Assembly (NCBI GenBank): GCA_045538895.1
Contig: JAZQEH010000080.1
Coordinates: forward strand, 13,491 to 77,490
DNA length: 64,000 nucleotides
Origin: Eubacteriales bacterium
GTDB taxonomy: Bacteria; Bacillota; Clostridia; Oscillospirales; CAG-272
Direction of reading: 5' to 3'
Positions 1 through 9,979 of the stretch are shown here, piece by piece (position 1 is the stretch's first letter; the number at the start of each line of letters is the position of its first letter). The translations under genes were made by a program, and so were the position numbers. The notes under the pieces were generated by a model. It had not been told where the DNA came from and made no database searches. It was given only the letters and a program-made list of their open reading frames with translations.

Positions 1-547
1 AAAGCTCGCCGTCAATCATCACCGGAGCGGTTATTCTTTCTTCTACACCGTTTACAATCGCTATCGGCTCTCCCTCTGTGAGTCTGATTTCACAGATATC
101 ATAGCGAGAGGACGCTTCTGCCGCATGAATAAGGCTTACATCTTTACTCACTTCAAAATCACCGCTTACCGTCATTGTGACAACTCCCTCAAGGAAAAAG
201 TCAAGGTGATAATACTCGTCAAATCCGATTTTGTTCAGCGGAACCGAAAAATAGTTTTTTTCATCCTCAGTTCCTAAAAACATAGTCACAGTTTCGGCGC
301 TGACATCAATATCTGTTATTGTGGCAGTGACAACCTTGCTTTCGGTAGTAAGCTTCAGCACTCTTATAACACGAAGCAAGTCGCCCTCACCGTTCAAGCA
401 TTCTTGGAGAACTCCCAACACATCGACGATTTCAACCTTTCCGTCCGCTGTAACATCATAATAGCCGTAATCGCCTTCATTAATGGCAAAAACCGAAAAA
501 GTGAAAACAAACACCGCCAAAGCAATGCAGATTATGTATCTTTTCAT
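1..547 (-). CDS. Secreted protein, partial (runs off the window start), with an N-terminal dockerin-like segment and the start of a copper-amine-oxidase N-terminal (stalk)-like domain
   Basis: Not in the ORF track. Hand translation from ATG 547 (RBS GAGGT) is open to the window edge: MKRYIICIALAVFVFTFSVFA signal peptide; DVTADGKVEIVDVLGVLQECLNGEGDLLRVIRVLK; later EIRLTEGEPIAIVNGVEERITAPVMIDGEL. Confidence 0.75.
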   Translation of the reverse strand, partial: MKRYIICIALAVFVFTFSVFAINEGDYGYYDVTADGKVEIVDVLGVLQECLNGEGDLLRVIRVLKLTTESKVVTATITDIDVSAETVTMFLGTEDEKNYFSVPLNKIGFDEYYHLDFFLEGVVTMTVSGDFEVSKDVSLIHAAEASSRYDICEIRLTEGEPIAIVNGVEERITAPVMIDGEL

Positions 548-574
548 TTTACTTACCTCTATATTTGATGTTAC

Positions 575-603
575 ATTATAACATATAATTTATTATATGT
601 CAA
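575..603 (-). promoter_or_regulatory. sigmaA/sigma70 consensus promoter for the 1..547 gene
   Basis: TTGACA (603-598), 17-bp spacer, TGt-TATAAT (580-575). Confidence 0.8.
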
Positions 604-635
604 AAAAGGATATCGGATTTCTCCGATATCCTTTT
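604..635 (-). terminator. Rho-independent terminator after the GH4 gene
   Basis: aaaaggatatcgga-tttc-tccgatatcctttt hairpin with T tract. Confidence 0.8.
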
Positions 636-639
636 GATT

Positions 640-1953
640 TTAAAATATTGGATAACCTGCCGCAGTATGTGCATCATAAAGTTCGTCACACATCTTGATT
701 ATTTCATCAACCGAAAGCTCGCTTGCCGTATGCGGATCAAGCATTGCGGCATGATAAATCGCTTCTTTTTTCTGTGTTACAGCCGCCTCAATGGTGAGAA
801 GCTGCACGTTTATATTAGTACGGTTAATTGCCGCAAGCACCTCGGGAAGGTCACCGACAACCGTAGGAGTCACGCCGCTACCGTCAACAAGGCACGGCAC
901 CTCAACACATGCGTTGTGCGGAAGATTTGTGATAAGCCCTTTATTAAGCACGTTGCCGCCTATTTTGTACGGTTTATTGGTAATCATAGCCTCCATAATA
1001 TACGAGGCATACTCACCTGTGCGCTTATGCTCAAGATCCTCGCCGGAAAGCAGGCTATCTCTGCGTTTGTTCCAGTTTTCAATCTGCTTTATGCACCGAC
1101 GGGGATATTCGTCAAGCGGAATGTTGAAGTGTTCGATGAGTTCGGGATATTTTTCCTTGATATAGAACATAGTGTACTCGGCACTGTGCTCACTCGACTC
1201 TGTTACGTAGTAACCGAGCTTATTTATAAAGTCCATACGAACCATGTCACCGTGCTTTTCGTCATTTACGGTCTTTGCACGCTCACGGATTTCGGGATAG
1301 AGGTCATTGCCGTCCTTATCGTAAATCTCAAGTAACCATGCCTGATGATTTATGCCTGCAACAAGCGAGTGACCGAATCGGCTGTAATCCATACCAAGAT
1401 GCTCCATGCAACGCTTGTTTACGACCTGCACGCTATGGCAAAGCCCAACAGTCTTGACGTTGGTATATCTCTGCATATATCCTGCAAGAATTGCCATGGG
1501 GTTTGTATAATTTAAAAACCACGCATTGGGGCAAACCTCCTCGATATCGGCGGCAAAATCTTTAAGCACGTGAATGGTGCGAAGTCCACGGAAAATCCCG
1601 CCTATGCCAAGCGTATCGGCGATAGTCTGGCGGAGACCGGATTTCTTCGGAATCTCAAAGTCAATAATCGTACACGGGTCATAGAGTCCGACCTGAATAG
1701 TGTTGATTACAAAATCCGCACCGCGAAGTGCATCCTTGCGGTTCTCGACACCAAGATACGTATTAATCCTTGCACGGTTCTCGTTGTATTTTTCATTAAG
1801 CTTATCAACTATAAGCTTTGACTCGTTAAGTCTTGCTCCATCAATATCGTAAAGTGCAATTTCGCACTCACGAAGGCACTCGGTCATCATAACGTCGCCA
1901 AGCACAGCCTTTGTAAACACGGTGCTTCCGGCACCCATAATTGTAATTTTCAT
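640..1953 (-). CDS. melA: Glycoside hydrolase family 4, NAD+/Mn2+-dependent alpha-galactosidase (MelA-like)
   Basis: GAGS Rossmann start, QTIADTLGIGGIFRGLRTI, LNYTNPM, GLCHS, GINHQAW, TESSEH. Confidence 0.85.
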   Translation of the reverse strand: MKITIMGAGSTVFTKAVLGDVMMTECLRECEIALYDIDGARLNESKLIVDKLNEKYNENRARINTYLGVENRKDALRGADFVINTIQVGLYDPCTIIDFEIPKKSGLRQTIADTLGIGGIFRGLRTIHVLKDFAADIEEVCPNAWFLNYTNPMAILAGYMQRYTNVKTVGLCHSVQVVNKRCMEHLGMDYSRFGHSLVAGINHQAWLLEIYDKDGNDLYPEIRERAKTVNDEKHGDMVRMDFINKLGYYVTESSEHSAEYTMFYIKEKYPELIEHFNIPLDEYPRRCIKQIENWNKRRDSLLSGEDLEHKRTGEYASYIMEAMITNKPYKIGGNVLNKGLITNLPHNACVEVPCLVDGSGVTPTVVGDLPEVLAAINRTNINVQLLTIEAAVTQKKEAIYHAAMLDPHTASELSVDEIIKMCDELYDAHTAAGYPIF

Positions 1954-1966
1954 AAGAGTTCCCTTT

Positions 1967-4900
1967 CTACCTTACCACAGATTTTAAAACTCTAATTACA
2001 TCAAGCAAGGTAATTTCGTTGTCATGATTAATATCCAAAGCATAAACGTAAGAGTTATTTACCGCCGCTTTTATCGCAAGCAGAGCATCATATAAAAATG
2101 CTTCACCTCTTGCAAGTTCATTTACCGCCGTAAACGGAATTTTCACACCGTTTAGCGTAAAGTCCTCAAAAACTATTTCATTATTAAATGCACTGTTGCC
2201 GCCCATCTGGCTTGCAATAACAATTTTGAGCGACTCAGCATTGCTTACACCGTCATGCGAAAGAGTGCCTGACATCTCGGTAAAGTTTATGCCGTCATAG
2301 CTATAGTAGCCGTAGAAAACATCGCCCTCTCTTGTGATGCGAAGCCATGCGGGTTTATCAAAATTTGTATCTGCGGTGTATTTCTCCACGTATTTTGTAG
2401 TGTAGGTATAAAAGTCAAATACATTGCCCACAGTGCCAAGCTTGCTTGCAGGTGCATTTGCATTATTACCGAGCGTGGGATGGAAACGGCGTGCCATTTG
2501 TATTACACTTGAACCATCCGCATATACACCCACAAGGCAAGAATTATATGAATGTGTCAATATACCGCTCGTTTTTACGGTTACGCTGAAATCTCCTTCA
2601 GGCGCATCAATCATCCACATATTGGCGGGCTCGTTTTCTTCTGCCACGCCTATATAACCGATGCTTGTTGTCATTGTAAGCTTATATGGGTTAATAGCAT
2701 CGAGCACGGCACGCTCGCCAAAATTTTTCGCTTTATTTTTAACAGTCCAATCGTCAGCAATGTTATTGCCACCCAAAACACGAACCGAAAGTTCTGCTTT
2801 AATCTCGCCGTCAAACGCACTTGTAGCGGTAACTGTTGCATTTCCGTTTGCAATTCCCACCATGTGACCGTTTTTAACAGTTACAACACTATCATCGGAC
2901 GTTGTCCAGATTACATCCGGACAAACGGTATTCGACTTTGTGAGAGGTGCAATCTGCTCCTCCCCGACAGCCAAAAGCGTTTGTGTGCTTGCAAAACCAA
3001 GTTCACTTGATATATTATCGGCAGGAACTATCTTCAATACTGCGCCGCCGTTTACTATAAGGTCAACGGCGATGATATCGCCCGCAGTTACGGTCTTATA
3101 CTCCACTACACCGTTACTGCCATCGGCATTATCGCCGTAAATAGCAACGTTGTAATTCCCGCTTGCAAGAAAATCGGTATCAACGGTAATTGTTCGTGCA
3201 TCGGTTGTAATGCCCGCAACATACCAAGTCTCACCGCTCTTGCGTGCAAGTACGGTATACTGTTCGGGATAACCGTCAATAAAATGAATATCATCCCAAT
3301 GCGTGGGCAGGTCATAGTAGAAATAGTAGAAAGGCGAATTGTAATAAGCACTCGGCGAAGATGCCATTGTGAGCATACCGCACTCAATAAGTGTTGCAAG
3401 TGCCGCCTGATGTCCTATAGTAGTATCAGAATTTGAGAACGGATATACCGCAGGGGTGAAATCGGTAGATCCGAGAGAACCTCGGGTGAAAGGAATAAGC
3501 GTGGTATATTTAGCTTTTGTCTTCATTGCCTCATCCCCGTATACCGCTTCTTTAGCAATAATATTGGGATAGGTCATACGTTCACCGGTAGGCTTGTTTG
3601 TTCCATGAATATTTACAACAAGCCCCAGTTCTCTGCATTTTTCAAGTATACGATTATAGTATACCACGATTGTAGAGGATTCGCTATCAAAAAAGTCAAC
3701 TTTTATACCCGCAAAGCCGGCTTTTTTGATATCTTCAAGGAAAACAACCTCGCTCGCAGTGTCTACTGCACGGCGATTGAGCCATGCGATAAGTTTAACA
3801 TCTCTTTCATTTGCGTACTCCATTATTTCAGGAAGCCAATCGTAAAAACCGTCATATGTACGGGTATCATATGTATAATCTTCTGCGTGAGGCTGCCATC
3901 CCTCGTCAAGAATGAAGTATTCCCATTTCATCTCGTGTGCAAGGTCGATATAGCGTTTAAGAAGTTCAACGTCATCCTGTCTGGGGGTGCCGTCATTGAG
4001 CCATGACCATGCACTTACACCTGTTTCAACATAGGAATAGTCACCGTCTGTCTTTTCGGTGAGTGCATCTACCATTGTGTTTTCAACCATTGTCGCAAGT
4101 GTACCACAGATTACGGTACGCCACGGAGTTTGACACGGCGCTGTGAGTGAAACGGCTCCGCCGTTCTGGTAGGCAGCATATACAAGTGAAAACGAATTGT
4201 CTCCGTTTGCACTAATAACGCTGCCGGCAAAACCGCTTGCAAACATATCCGCTTCGGTAAGCAAACACCAAACGCCATCGGTGGTGTTATACATAGTGGG
4301 AAAATAATACATTCCGCTCATATTTTCAACTAAAGCATTTGTATATGCCGCACTGTATGCATTACTTGTGTTAGCCGTTGCCATTGCCCAAACATTTGAT
4401 AAAGCAGGAATAGAAATAACAGAGCAATCCTCAGTAATCTTTACATTTCCCTCTCCGCTCAACGCCTGACGGAATGCAACACCGTCATTATATGCACGGA
4501 AAATAACCGAGTATCCGTTCTCGAAATTGACAGTAAGCTCGTTTGCGTGATTCAATATCTGCTTATACGAACCGCTTGTCATTGATACGGTTTCGTTTAA
4601 AGTCTTTGTAGCTATACCTGCCAAAACAAGACCGCTTGAATAATCGGCAGTTGTTGTAGTAAGTCCAACCTTACCGCTCTCAAGTACGGCTTTACCGTCC
4701 TTTTCAACTGTATAAAGCACTTCACCGAGAGAAGAAAATGAAATTGTAGCCACAACGCTTTCATCGGGGGATTTTACCTTTGCTATCTCAACAGAAGTAG
4801 GAGTTTCTTCAAATACCGCAAGTCTCGGATTCTCCGTATCGACCCATGCTTTACCCGAGTTAAGAATTTCAAATTTTTCGGTACTGTACACTTCTCCGTA

Positions 4901-6127
4901 AGCATCAGTTAAACTGCTGTCAGCAAAAAATGCCCCGCTTACAGTAAAATTAGTATCTCCCGATGAGGTTACGGTGCCTACAGTACCCATACCCGTAGAT
5001 GAATTTGAATTGTAGCAGTTTGTGAGAGTTTTCTTTGCATTTCCGCCGTTAATTCTTGCAGAAATTCCGCCCGCAATACCGCTTCCCGTATCGTTAACCT
5101 TGCCGTTATTCAAGCAATTCGACACATTTGTGTAAAAATGCAAACCTATTATGCCGCCAGAGTACTTGGAAGTTGCCGTAATCTCTCCATCGTTTTGGCA
5201 TTTTGTAATATTAACGCAGTCGGCAAGTGCCTTGCCGAAAGTTATATATCCCGCAATACCGCCAACATCCTGCGTAGATGTGACATCACCGCTATTCTTG
5301 CATGTGCTTACCGTTAGTGTACCCATGTTTGCGGCACTACCCATATTTGCATAGCCAATGATACCCGCAGTTCCCGTCGAGCCGCCGGTTATATCACCCG
5401 TATTAGTGCAATTGGTAATGGAAACAGCTAATTTTTCGGAACCGAACGCACCGGAGCCAAGAATACCGCCTACTCTGCCGCTACTGCTTGTTACGTCTCC
5501 GCTATTTTGGCAGCCTTTTACCGTAACAACGCACGATACGTTTATGCTTGCATGTCCCACGATACCGCCTGCATAGTTACCTGCATCCACAGTAGCGTTG
5601 TTTATACAATCAATCACTTTAATTGTATATGTGCTACTGGTATTCATAAAACCGATAATACCACCACTGTAACCGCCACCGTCAACAGTACAGTTGTTCA
5701 CACAATTCTCTACGGTTACTCCGTTTGCGCTGTAGCCGATAAGACCGCCCGTATACTGCGAGCCTTTAACGCTTCCGCTTACTGTGAGATTTTTTACAAC
5801 GGCACCGTTTGAAATGCTACCAAAGAATCCAACACGTTCGGCATCAATATCCAAAAAAATTCCGTTAACAGTGTGTTCACCACCGTCAAAACTGCCGTTA
5901 AATGCATTTTCCTTTGTACCTATAGGTGCCTGCGGCAAATCACTTTGGGCATCGGCCATATTGATATTTGCAGTGAGAACAATATCGCTTGACCAAAGGT
6001 CGGGATTGTTCATAAGTGATAAAAGCTCATCTGCGGTGCCGATTTTAACGTTTTCTGCCGCCCCTACAGAGCACACGAGTAAAACCGTCATCATAAAACA
6101 TAGAGAATAAAATATCCTGTGTTTCAT
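1967..6127 (-). CDS. Secreted modular GH97 glycosidase (retaining type): GLUG-like beta-helix repeats, GH97, Ig-like (Big_2), ConA-like domain, C-terminal dockerin-like
   Basis: Signal peptide; GGIxG/NCxNxGxV repeats; FRAYNDGVAFR, TPWR, AWSW, ILDEGW, GIKVDFFD, HGTNKPTGERMTYPN, DFTP, GYPEQYTVLARKSG; DINHDNEITLLDVIRVLK. Confidence 0.85.
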   Translation of the reverse strand: MKHRIFYSLCFMMTVLLVCSVGAAENVKIGTADELLSLMNNPDLWSSDIVLTANINMADAQSDLPQAPIGTKENAFNGSFDGGEHTVNGIFLDIDAERVGFFGSISNGAVVKNLTVSGSVKGSQYTGGLIGYSANGVTVENCVNNCTVDGGGYSGGIIGFMNTSSTYTIKVIDCINNATVDAGNYAGGIVGHASINVSCVVTVKGCQNSGDVTSSSGRVGGILGSGAFGSEKLAVSITNCTNTGDITGGSTGTAGIIGYANMGSAANMGTLTVSTCKNSGDVTSTQDVGGIAGYITFGKALADCVNITKCQNDGEITATSKYSGGIIGLHFYTNVSNCLNNGKVNDTGSGIAGGISARINGGNAKKTLTNCYNSNSSTGMGTVGTVTSSGDTNFTVSGAFFADSSLTDAYGEVYSTEKFEILNSGKAWVDTENPRLAVFEETPTSVEIAKVKSPDESVVATISFSSLGEVLYTVEKDGKAVLESGKVGLTTTTADYSSGLVLAGIATKTLNETVSMTSGSYKQILNHANELTVNFENGYSVIFRAYNDGVAFRQALSGEGNVKITEDCSVISIPALSNVWAMATANTSNAYSAAYTNALVENMSGMYYFPTMYNTTDGVWCLLTEADMFASGFAGSVISANGDNSFSLVYAAYQNGGAVSLTAPCQTPWRTVICGTLATMVENTMVDALTEKTDGDYSYVETGVSAWSWLNDGTPRQDDVELLKRYIDLAHEMKWEYFILDEGWQPHAEDYTYDTRTYDGFYDWLPEIMEYANERDVKLIAWLNRRAVDTASEVVFLEDIKKAGFAGIKVDFFDSESSTIVVYYNRILEKCRELGLVVNIHGTNKPTGERMTYPNIIAKEAVYGDEAMKTKAKYTTLIPFTRGSLGSTDFTPAVYPFSNSDTTIGHQAALATLIECGMLTMASSPSAYYNSPFYYFYYDLPTHWDDIHFIDGYPEQYTVLARKSGETWYVAGITTDARTITVDTDFLASGNYNVAIYGDNADGSNGVVEYKTVTAGDIIAVDLIVNGGAVLKIVPADNISSELGFASTQTLLAVGEEQIAPLTKSNTVCPDVIWTTSDDSVVTVKNGHMVGIANGNATVTATSAFDGEIKAELSVRVLGGNNIADDWTVKNKAKNFGERAVLDAINPYKLTMTTSIGYIGVAEENEPANMWMIDAPEGDFSVTVKTSGILTHSYNSCLVGVYADGSSVIQMARRFHPTLGNNANAPASKLGTVGNVFDFYTYTTKYVEKYTADTNFDKPAWLRITREGDVFYGYYSYDGINFTEMSGTLSHDGVSNAESLKIVIASQMGGNSAFNNEIVFEDFTLNGVKIPFTAVNELARGEAFLYDALLAIKAAVNNSYVYALDINHDNEITLLDVIRVLKSVVR

Positions 6128-6292
6128 ATTACTTCCCTCTTCCTAAATTTTTGTTAATATAATGGTATCATAAATAAGATACACAAAACATAGCACAAAA
6201 TGATTAATAACTTGTCATAAAGTGATTTAATTTTGCTTTAACGCTTGACATGACACCTTGATTCTTGTTATTATTTGACTTGAGGTGAGCAT

Positions 6293-7087
6293 ATGTTTAA
6301 CCGGTATAAATTGCAAAACATGCACCTGTCCGTATACAATCCCAAAGACGTTGGAAGACATGACGGAATAAAAGAACATTCATACGGTCCTACGGTGCGA
6401 AGATACTTTCTAATTCACTATGTTTTCGAGGGAACAGTCACATTTCGAAAAGGTAATAATACCTATGAAGTAAAAAAAGGCGAATGCTTTATCATTCGCC
6501 CTGATGAGGTTACATATTATAAAAATCACGCACCGTGGCACTATGCCTGGATAGGCTTTTCTTCCGACAAAATTCCAAAATGTCTGATGGAATACGACGT
6601 TCTTAAAGTAGAGTTTCTTTGCGAAATCTTTGAAGAACTCGAAGCAAATATAGATAAGTACAATAGTAAGCTCGGCGACGGAGGAGCAAAAGAAGCATAT
6701 CTTTCCGGTAAAATAAGCGAAATTGCGGCACTGCTTGAAATACACTTTGACCGCCCCAAGGAATCGGCGACAAAAAAAGAAATAAGCAGAGTGAAAAACT
6801 ATATTGATGTGCGTCTTGCTTCAAATCTGTGCATTAACGAAATCGCAGATGAATTTCACATTGACCGTTCGCATTTATCGAGAAAGTTTAAGGAGGTTGT
6901 CGGCGTATCTCCGCAGAATTATATAGTGAACACAAGATTAAATGAGGCGGCAAAGCTTATGCGTGAGCAGGGGCTATCCCCCACAGAAGCCGCCGGTGCT
7001 GTTGGATACAACGATATTTATCTCTTTTCCAAAATGTTCAAACGCCGTTTTGGCGTTTCGCCGAGAAAATATAAAAATGGGCTGTAA
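6293..7087 (+). CDS. AraC family transcriptional regulator, divergent from GH97
   Basis: Cupin-type N-domain (YGPTVRRYFLIHYV, PWHYAWIGF) and C-terminal double HTH (AVGYNDIYLFSKMFKRRFGVSPRKY). Confidence 0.9.
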   Translation: MFNRYKLQNMHLSVYNPKDVGRHDGIKEHSYGPTVRRYFLIHYVFEGTVTFRKGNNTYEVKKGECFIIRPDEVTYYKNHAPWHYAWIGFSSDKIPKCLMEYDVLKVEFLCEIFEELEANIDKYNSKLGDGGAKEAYLSGKISEIAALLEIHFDRPKESATKKEISRVKNYIDVRLASNLCINEIADEFHIDRSHLSRKFKEVVGVSPQNYIVNTRLNEAAKLMREQGLSPTEAAGAVGYNDIYLFSKMFKRRFGVSPRKYKNGL

Positions 7088-7101
7088 AAACAGCCCATTT
7101 T
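7074..7101. terminator. Bidirectional terminator between convergent genes
   Basis: aaaatgggctgt-aaaa-acagcccatttt. Confidence 0.75.
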
Positions 7102-7103
7102 CT

Positions 7104-9842
7104 TTATTTTACGCTTTGCTTAAGCAATCTGAGTATATCAACAAGCTCTACGCTTGCTCTGCCGTAAAAGTATTCACTCTTATCAAAGCTGTTGTTTACA
7201 AGAGCTTTGAGAGCATAGAGGGTATCAAAGATATCAATATCGCCGTTTGCATCAAAGTCGCCGGTCAAAAGTACGGCGGTTGTAACGTTTGCACCCTTGT
7301 TTATTGTAACGCTACCGGTATTCTTTTCATAATCATGAGTGCGAACCAAAAGGGTGTGCTCACGAATCGGATAATTCTTATGCCATGCGTTTACATTGAA
7401 TTCAACCGTGCCTGTGAGATAGTTGTGACCGCAAGCACCGCTGAAACGACCGTTTGTATTATAGGAAATATCCTGCATTACGATACCGCCGCCAACATTA
7501 ATTACCATATCACCCGAATATGTGCCAACCTCTGCAGCAGAATTATAGAGATAGTTACCGCCGTTGATATATGCGTAATTACCGCCGTTGATATTGATGA
7601 CACAATCCTTGTCCGCCTGAATATTAGCCTCTATCGTGTGGTATGTAGAAGCAGTATTGGATGCGTAGGTAACGTATCCTGCAAGCAAGCATGCATAATG
7701 ATTTGCCTCGGTCTTAAAGCTCTCTGTAAGAGTTGCATTGTTGTAGCCAAGCTGAATAAAGATTGAATTCGATGCCGACGTGGTAAGAGTGATATTATCA
7801 AGCACGATATCACTTTCCGCAAGGAAATACTTTGAGCTTAAAGTAAGCTTTGCACCCGTTCCCTCGCCCTTGATGGTAAAGCTTTCTACGGGAGGAGTTG
7901 AAAGGTTGCGGTTTGCATCGTAAAGCTCTGCGGTATACGCACCGATAACATGGAGAGTAGCGTTGGGAGCCGCCTTTGCAAAAGCAATCATAAGGCTGTT
8001 TGTGGGGTTTTGCTCGGTAGCAAACATATTGGTAGTGCCGTCTGCCTTAAGATAAATATGCTCGCTTTCAAAGCCCTCAAGACGGCAAACACCATTATCC
8101 ATTGCATTGCAAAGCACGTCTACATAAATTGCATAGCCGTCGGCATGGGGATGAAGGTCATCACTTGAAAGGAAATTGCCCGCAAGTGCCTCCTCAAGAG
8201 TGAGTGCATAAAGGTCAACAAGCACATACTTATCACTCGTTTTAGCGAGTGCCTCGGTTGCCTTGATCTGCTGTGCACGTACGGTGATTGCACCGTATCC
8301 GAGAGTGGAGGGACGGTAGGTTGCGGTTGTTGCGTAAACCTTATCGGTTGTTGCAAGCGAGCCGAAATCCTTGAGAAGCTCAGTATACTCGTTGTAGAAG
8401 CGAACTATCTGGCTCTTACCGCCCTGAATTACGCCGGAATCGTTAGTGCCAAGACCGATAATAAAGATGTCGGCATCGGATTCAAGTGCAAGGTTGTATG
8501 CAAGCATATCGTTGTAATACTGGGTGTTGTAGTTTTCAACTCGTGTACCGCTACAACCGTAGTTACCGAGAATTACGTCTTTGCCCTCACCGTGAAGCTT
8601 TGTGAGAAGCTGTGCGGGGTATGAGAGAGTCTGGCGGCTACCCGAAGAATTACCCTCGGTAATAGAGTCGCCGATACATGCGATACGGAGAGGCTCATTA
8701 TAAGTTACGGTTTTGCCGTTAACCGTGTCAAAACGCTTAACGGTTACGTTCATGCTTTCGGGATATGTAAGAGTTGCCTTGTTTTCACTGCCCGCAAAAG
8801 CCTTAACCTGTGTTGCATCGAGCACCATGCCGCCCTGTAACGTAGCATTATCGGAAATAGCGAGATTGTAGTTTCCGCGGAGAAGCATGGTATATACGGA
8901 GGAATTCTGGAAAGCGCTGATTTCAAAGGTGTTGAAAGTACCGCCATTTATGTTGACATTTATATCGCCGTCACAGCGGTAATACTTTACATCGGACTTT
9001 GTAATCTGTGAGCCGCCGCTTGCTGCGGTATTCATTTCGCCAAGGTGTCCCTGTGCATAAACGGGTGCAAGGAAAGTACCGCCGTTTATAGTGAGAGTTG
9101 CATCGTCAGCAAGAATGGAGTAGCCGGAAATGCTGAAGAGGCACTCGGTCTTAATGGGTGAGTTTGCGGTATAGGAAGGTGCACTTCCGAACGTACCGCC
9201 GTCAATAGTAATCGTAATGGGTGCCGCAATAGAGCCAACGATTGCGTTTGCAGCACTTCTGCGGTTACCGCCAAAGAACTTGGCAAACGTACCGCCCTTT
9301 ACGGTAATGGAGTAAGGACGTGTTGCGATGCAGTATTGATTTGCAGGGTCGTTGACAGCTCTGTCGCCGACGCCGCTTGTGGCATTCTTGCCTGAATCAA
9401 CACCACCGTAAAATGAAAGCGCACCGTCAACGGTAACGTTCTCGGTAAAAAGAATACTGTTGTAGCTACCGAACATCGCCTGCGCACTTTCAAGCTTGAT
9501 AGGACAGTCTATTGTAATAAGATTGTCGTTTTTATTCTTTGAAAAGTATAAAGTACCTGCAATGTTAAGTACACCATTGCCTTCAGCGGTAATCGTAAGG
9601 TCACCGCTTTGCTCGGGAATTGTGATTGAGGAAGTCTTGATTTCATCAAGCAAAACAATCGTACCGCCCTCGCCGGCAAGCTTATCACAAGCAAGTGCGA
9701 TAGTAGCAACCGGACTATCCTGTGTTCCTGTTCCGCTTGCACCACTCTTTACGTACACGGTTTTTTCAGCAGCAAAAGAGGAGACGGTGAACAATGCAAA
9801 AAGCATTGTCGCAATAAGTAAAAATTTTAATACTTTTTTCAT
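7104..9842 (-). CDS. Secreted SGNH/GDSL esterase with beta-solenoid-like flanking modules and C-terminal dockerin-like domain
   Basis: Start placed at MKKVLK after GGAGG; IACIGDSITEG, NYGCSG, LGTND, DDLHP blocks; GDFDANGDIDIFDTLYALK...LVDILRLLK. Confidence 0.8.
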   Translation of the reverse strand: MKKVLKFLLIATMLFALFTVSSFAAEKTVYVKSGASGTGTQDSPVATIALACDKLAGEGGTIVLLDEIKTSSITIPEQSGDLTITAEGNGVLNIAGTLYFSKNKNDNLITIDCPIKLESAQAMFGSYNSILFTENVTVDGALSFYGGVDSGKNATSGVGDRAVNDPANQYCIATRPYSITVKGGTFAKFFGGNRRSAANAIVGSIAAPITITIDGGTFGSAPSYTANSPIKTECLFSISGYSILADDATLTINGGTFLAPVYAQGHLGEMNTAASGGSQITKSDVKYYRCDGDINVNINGGTFNTFEISAFQNSSVYTMLLRGNYNLAISDNATLQGGMVLDATQVKAFAGSENKATLTYPESMNVTVKRFDTVNGKTVTYNEPLRIACIGDSITEGNSSGSRQTLSYPAQLLTKLHGEGKDVILGNYGCSGTRVENYNTQYYNDMLAYNLALESDADIFIIGLGTNDSGVIQGGKSQIVRFYNEYTELLKDFGSLATTDKVYATTATYRPSTLGYGAITVRAQQIKATEALAKTSDKYVLVDLYALTLEEALAGNFLSSDDLHPHADGYAIYVDVLCNAMDNGVCRLEGFESEHIYLKADGTTNMFATEQNPTNSLMIAFAKAAPNATLHVIGAYTAELYDANRNLSTPPVESFTIKGEGTGAKLTLSSKYFLAESDIVLDNITLTTSASNSIFIQLGYNNATLTESFKTEANHYACLLAGYVTYASNTASTYHTIEANIQADKDCVININGGNYAYINGGNYLYNSAAEVGTYSGDMVINVGGGIVMQDISYNTNGRFSGACGHNYLTGTVEFNVNAWHKNYPIREHTLLVRTHDYEKNTGSVTINKGANVTTAVLLTGDFDANGDIDIFDTLYALKALVNNSFDKSEYFYGRASVELVDILRLLKQSVK

Positions 9843-9946
9843 AAGCCCTCCCAAAATTGTTAGGTTATAGAAATATTTTAACATATACATTAAAACGTGT
9901 AAATATCAAAAATGATAATAAATATTACAAATATGAAACAATACAC

Positions 9947-9976
9947 AAAAAAGGCTTGCCGAAGCAAGCCTTTTTT
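9947..9976 (-). terminator. Terminator ending the kdgK..DUF1116 operon
   Basis: aaaaaaggcttgc-cgaa-gcaagcctttttt. Confidence 0.8.
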
Positions 9977-9979
9977 ATC

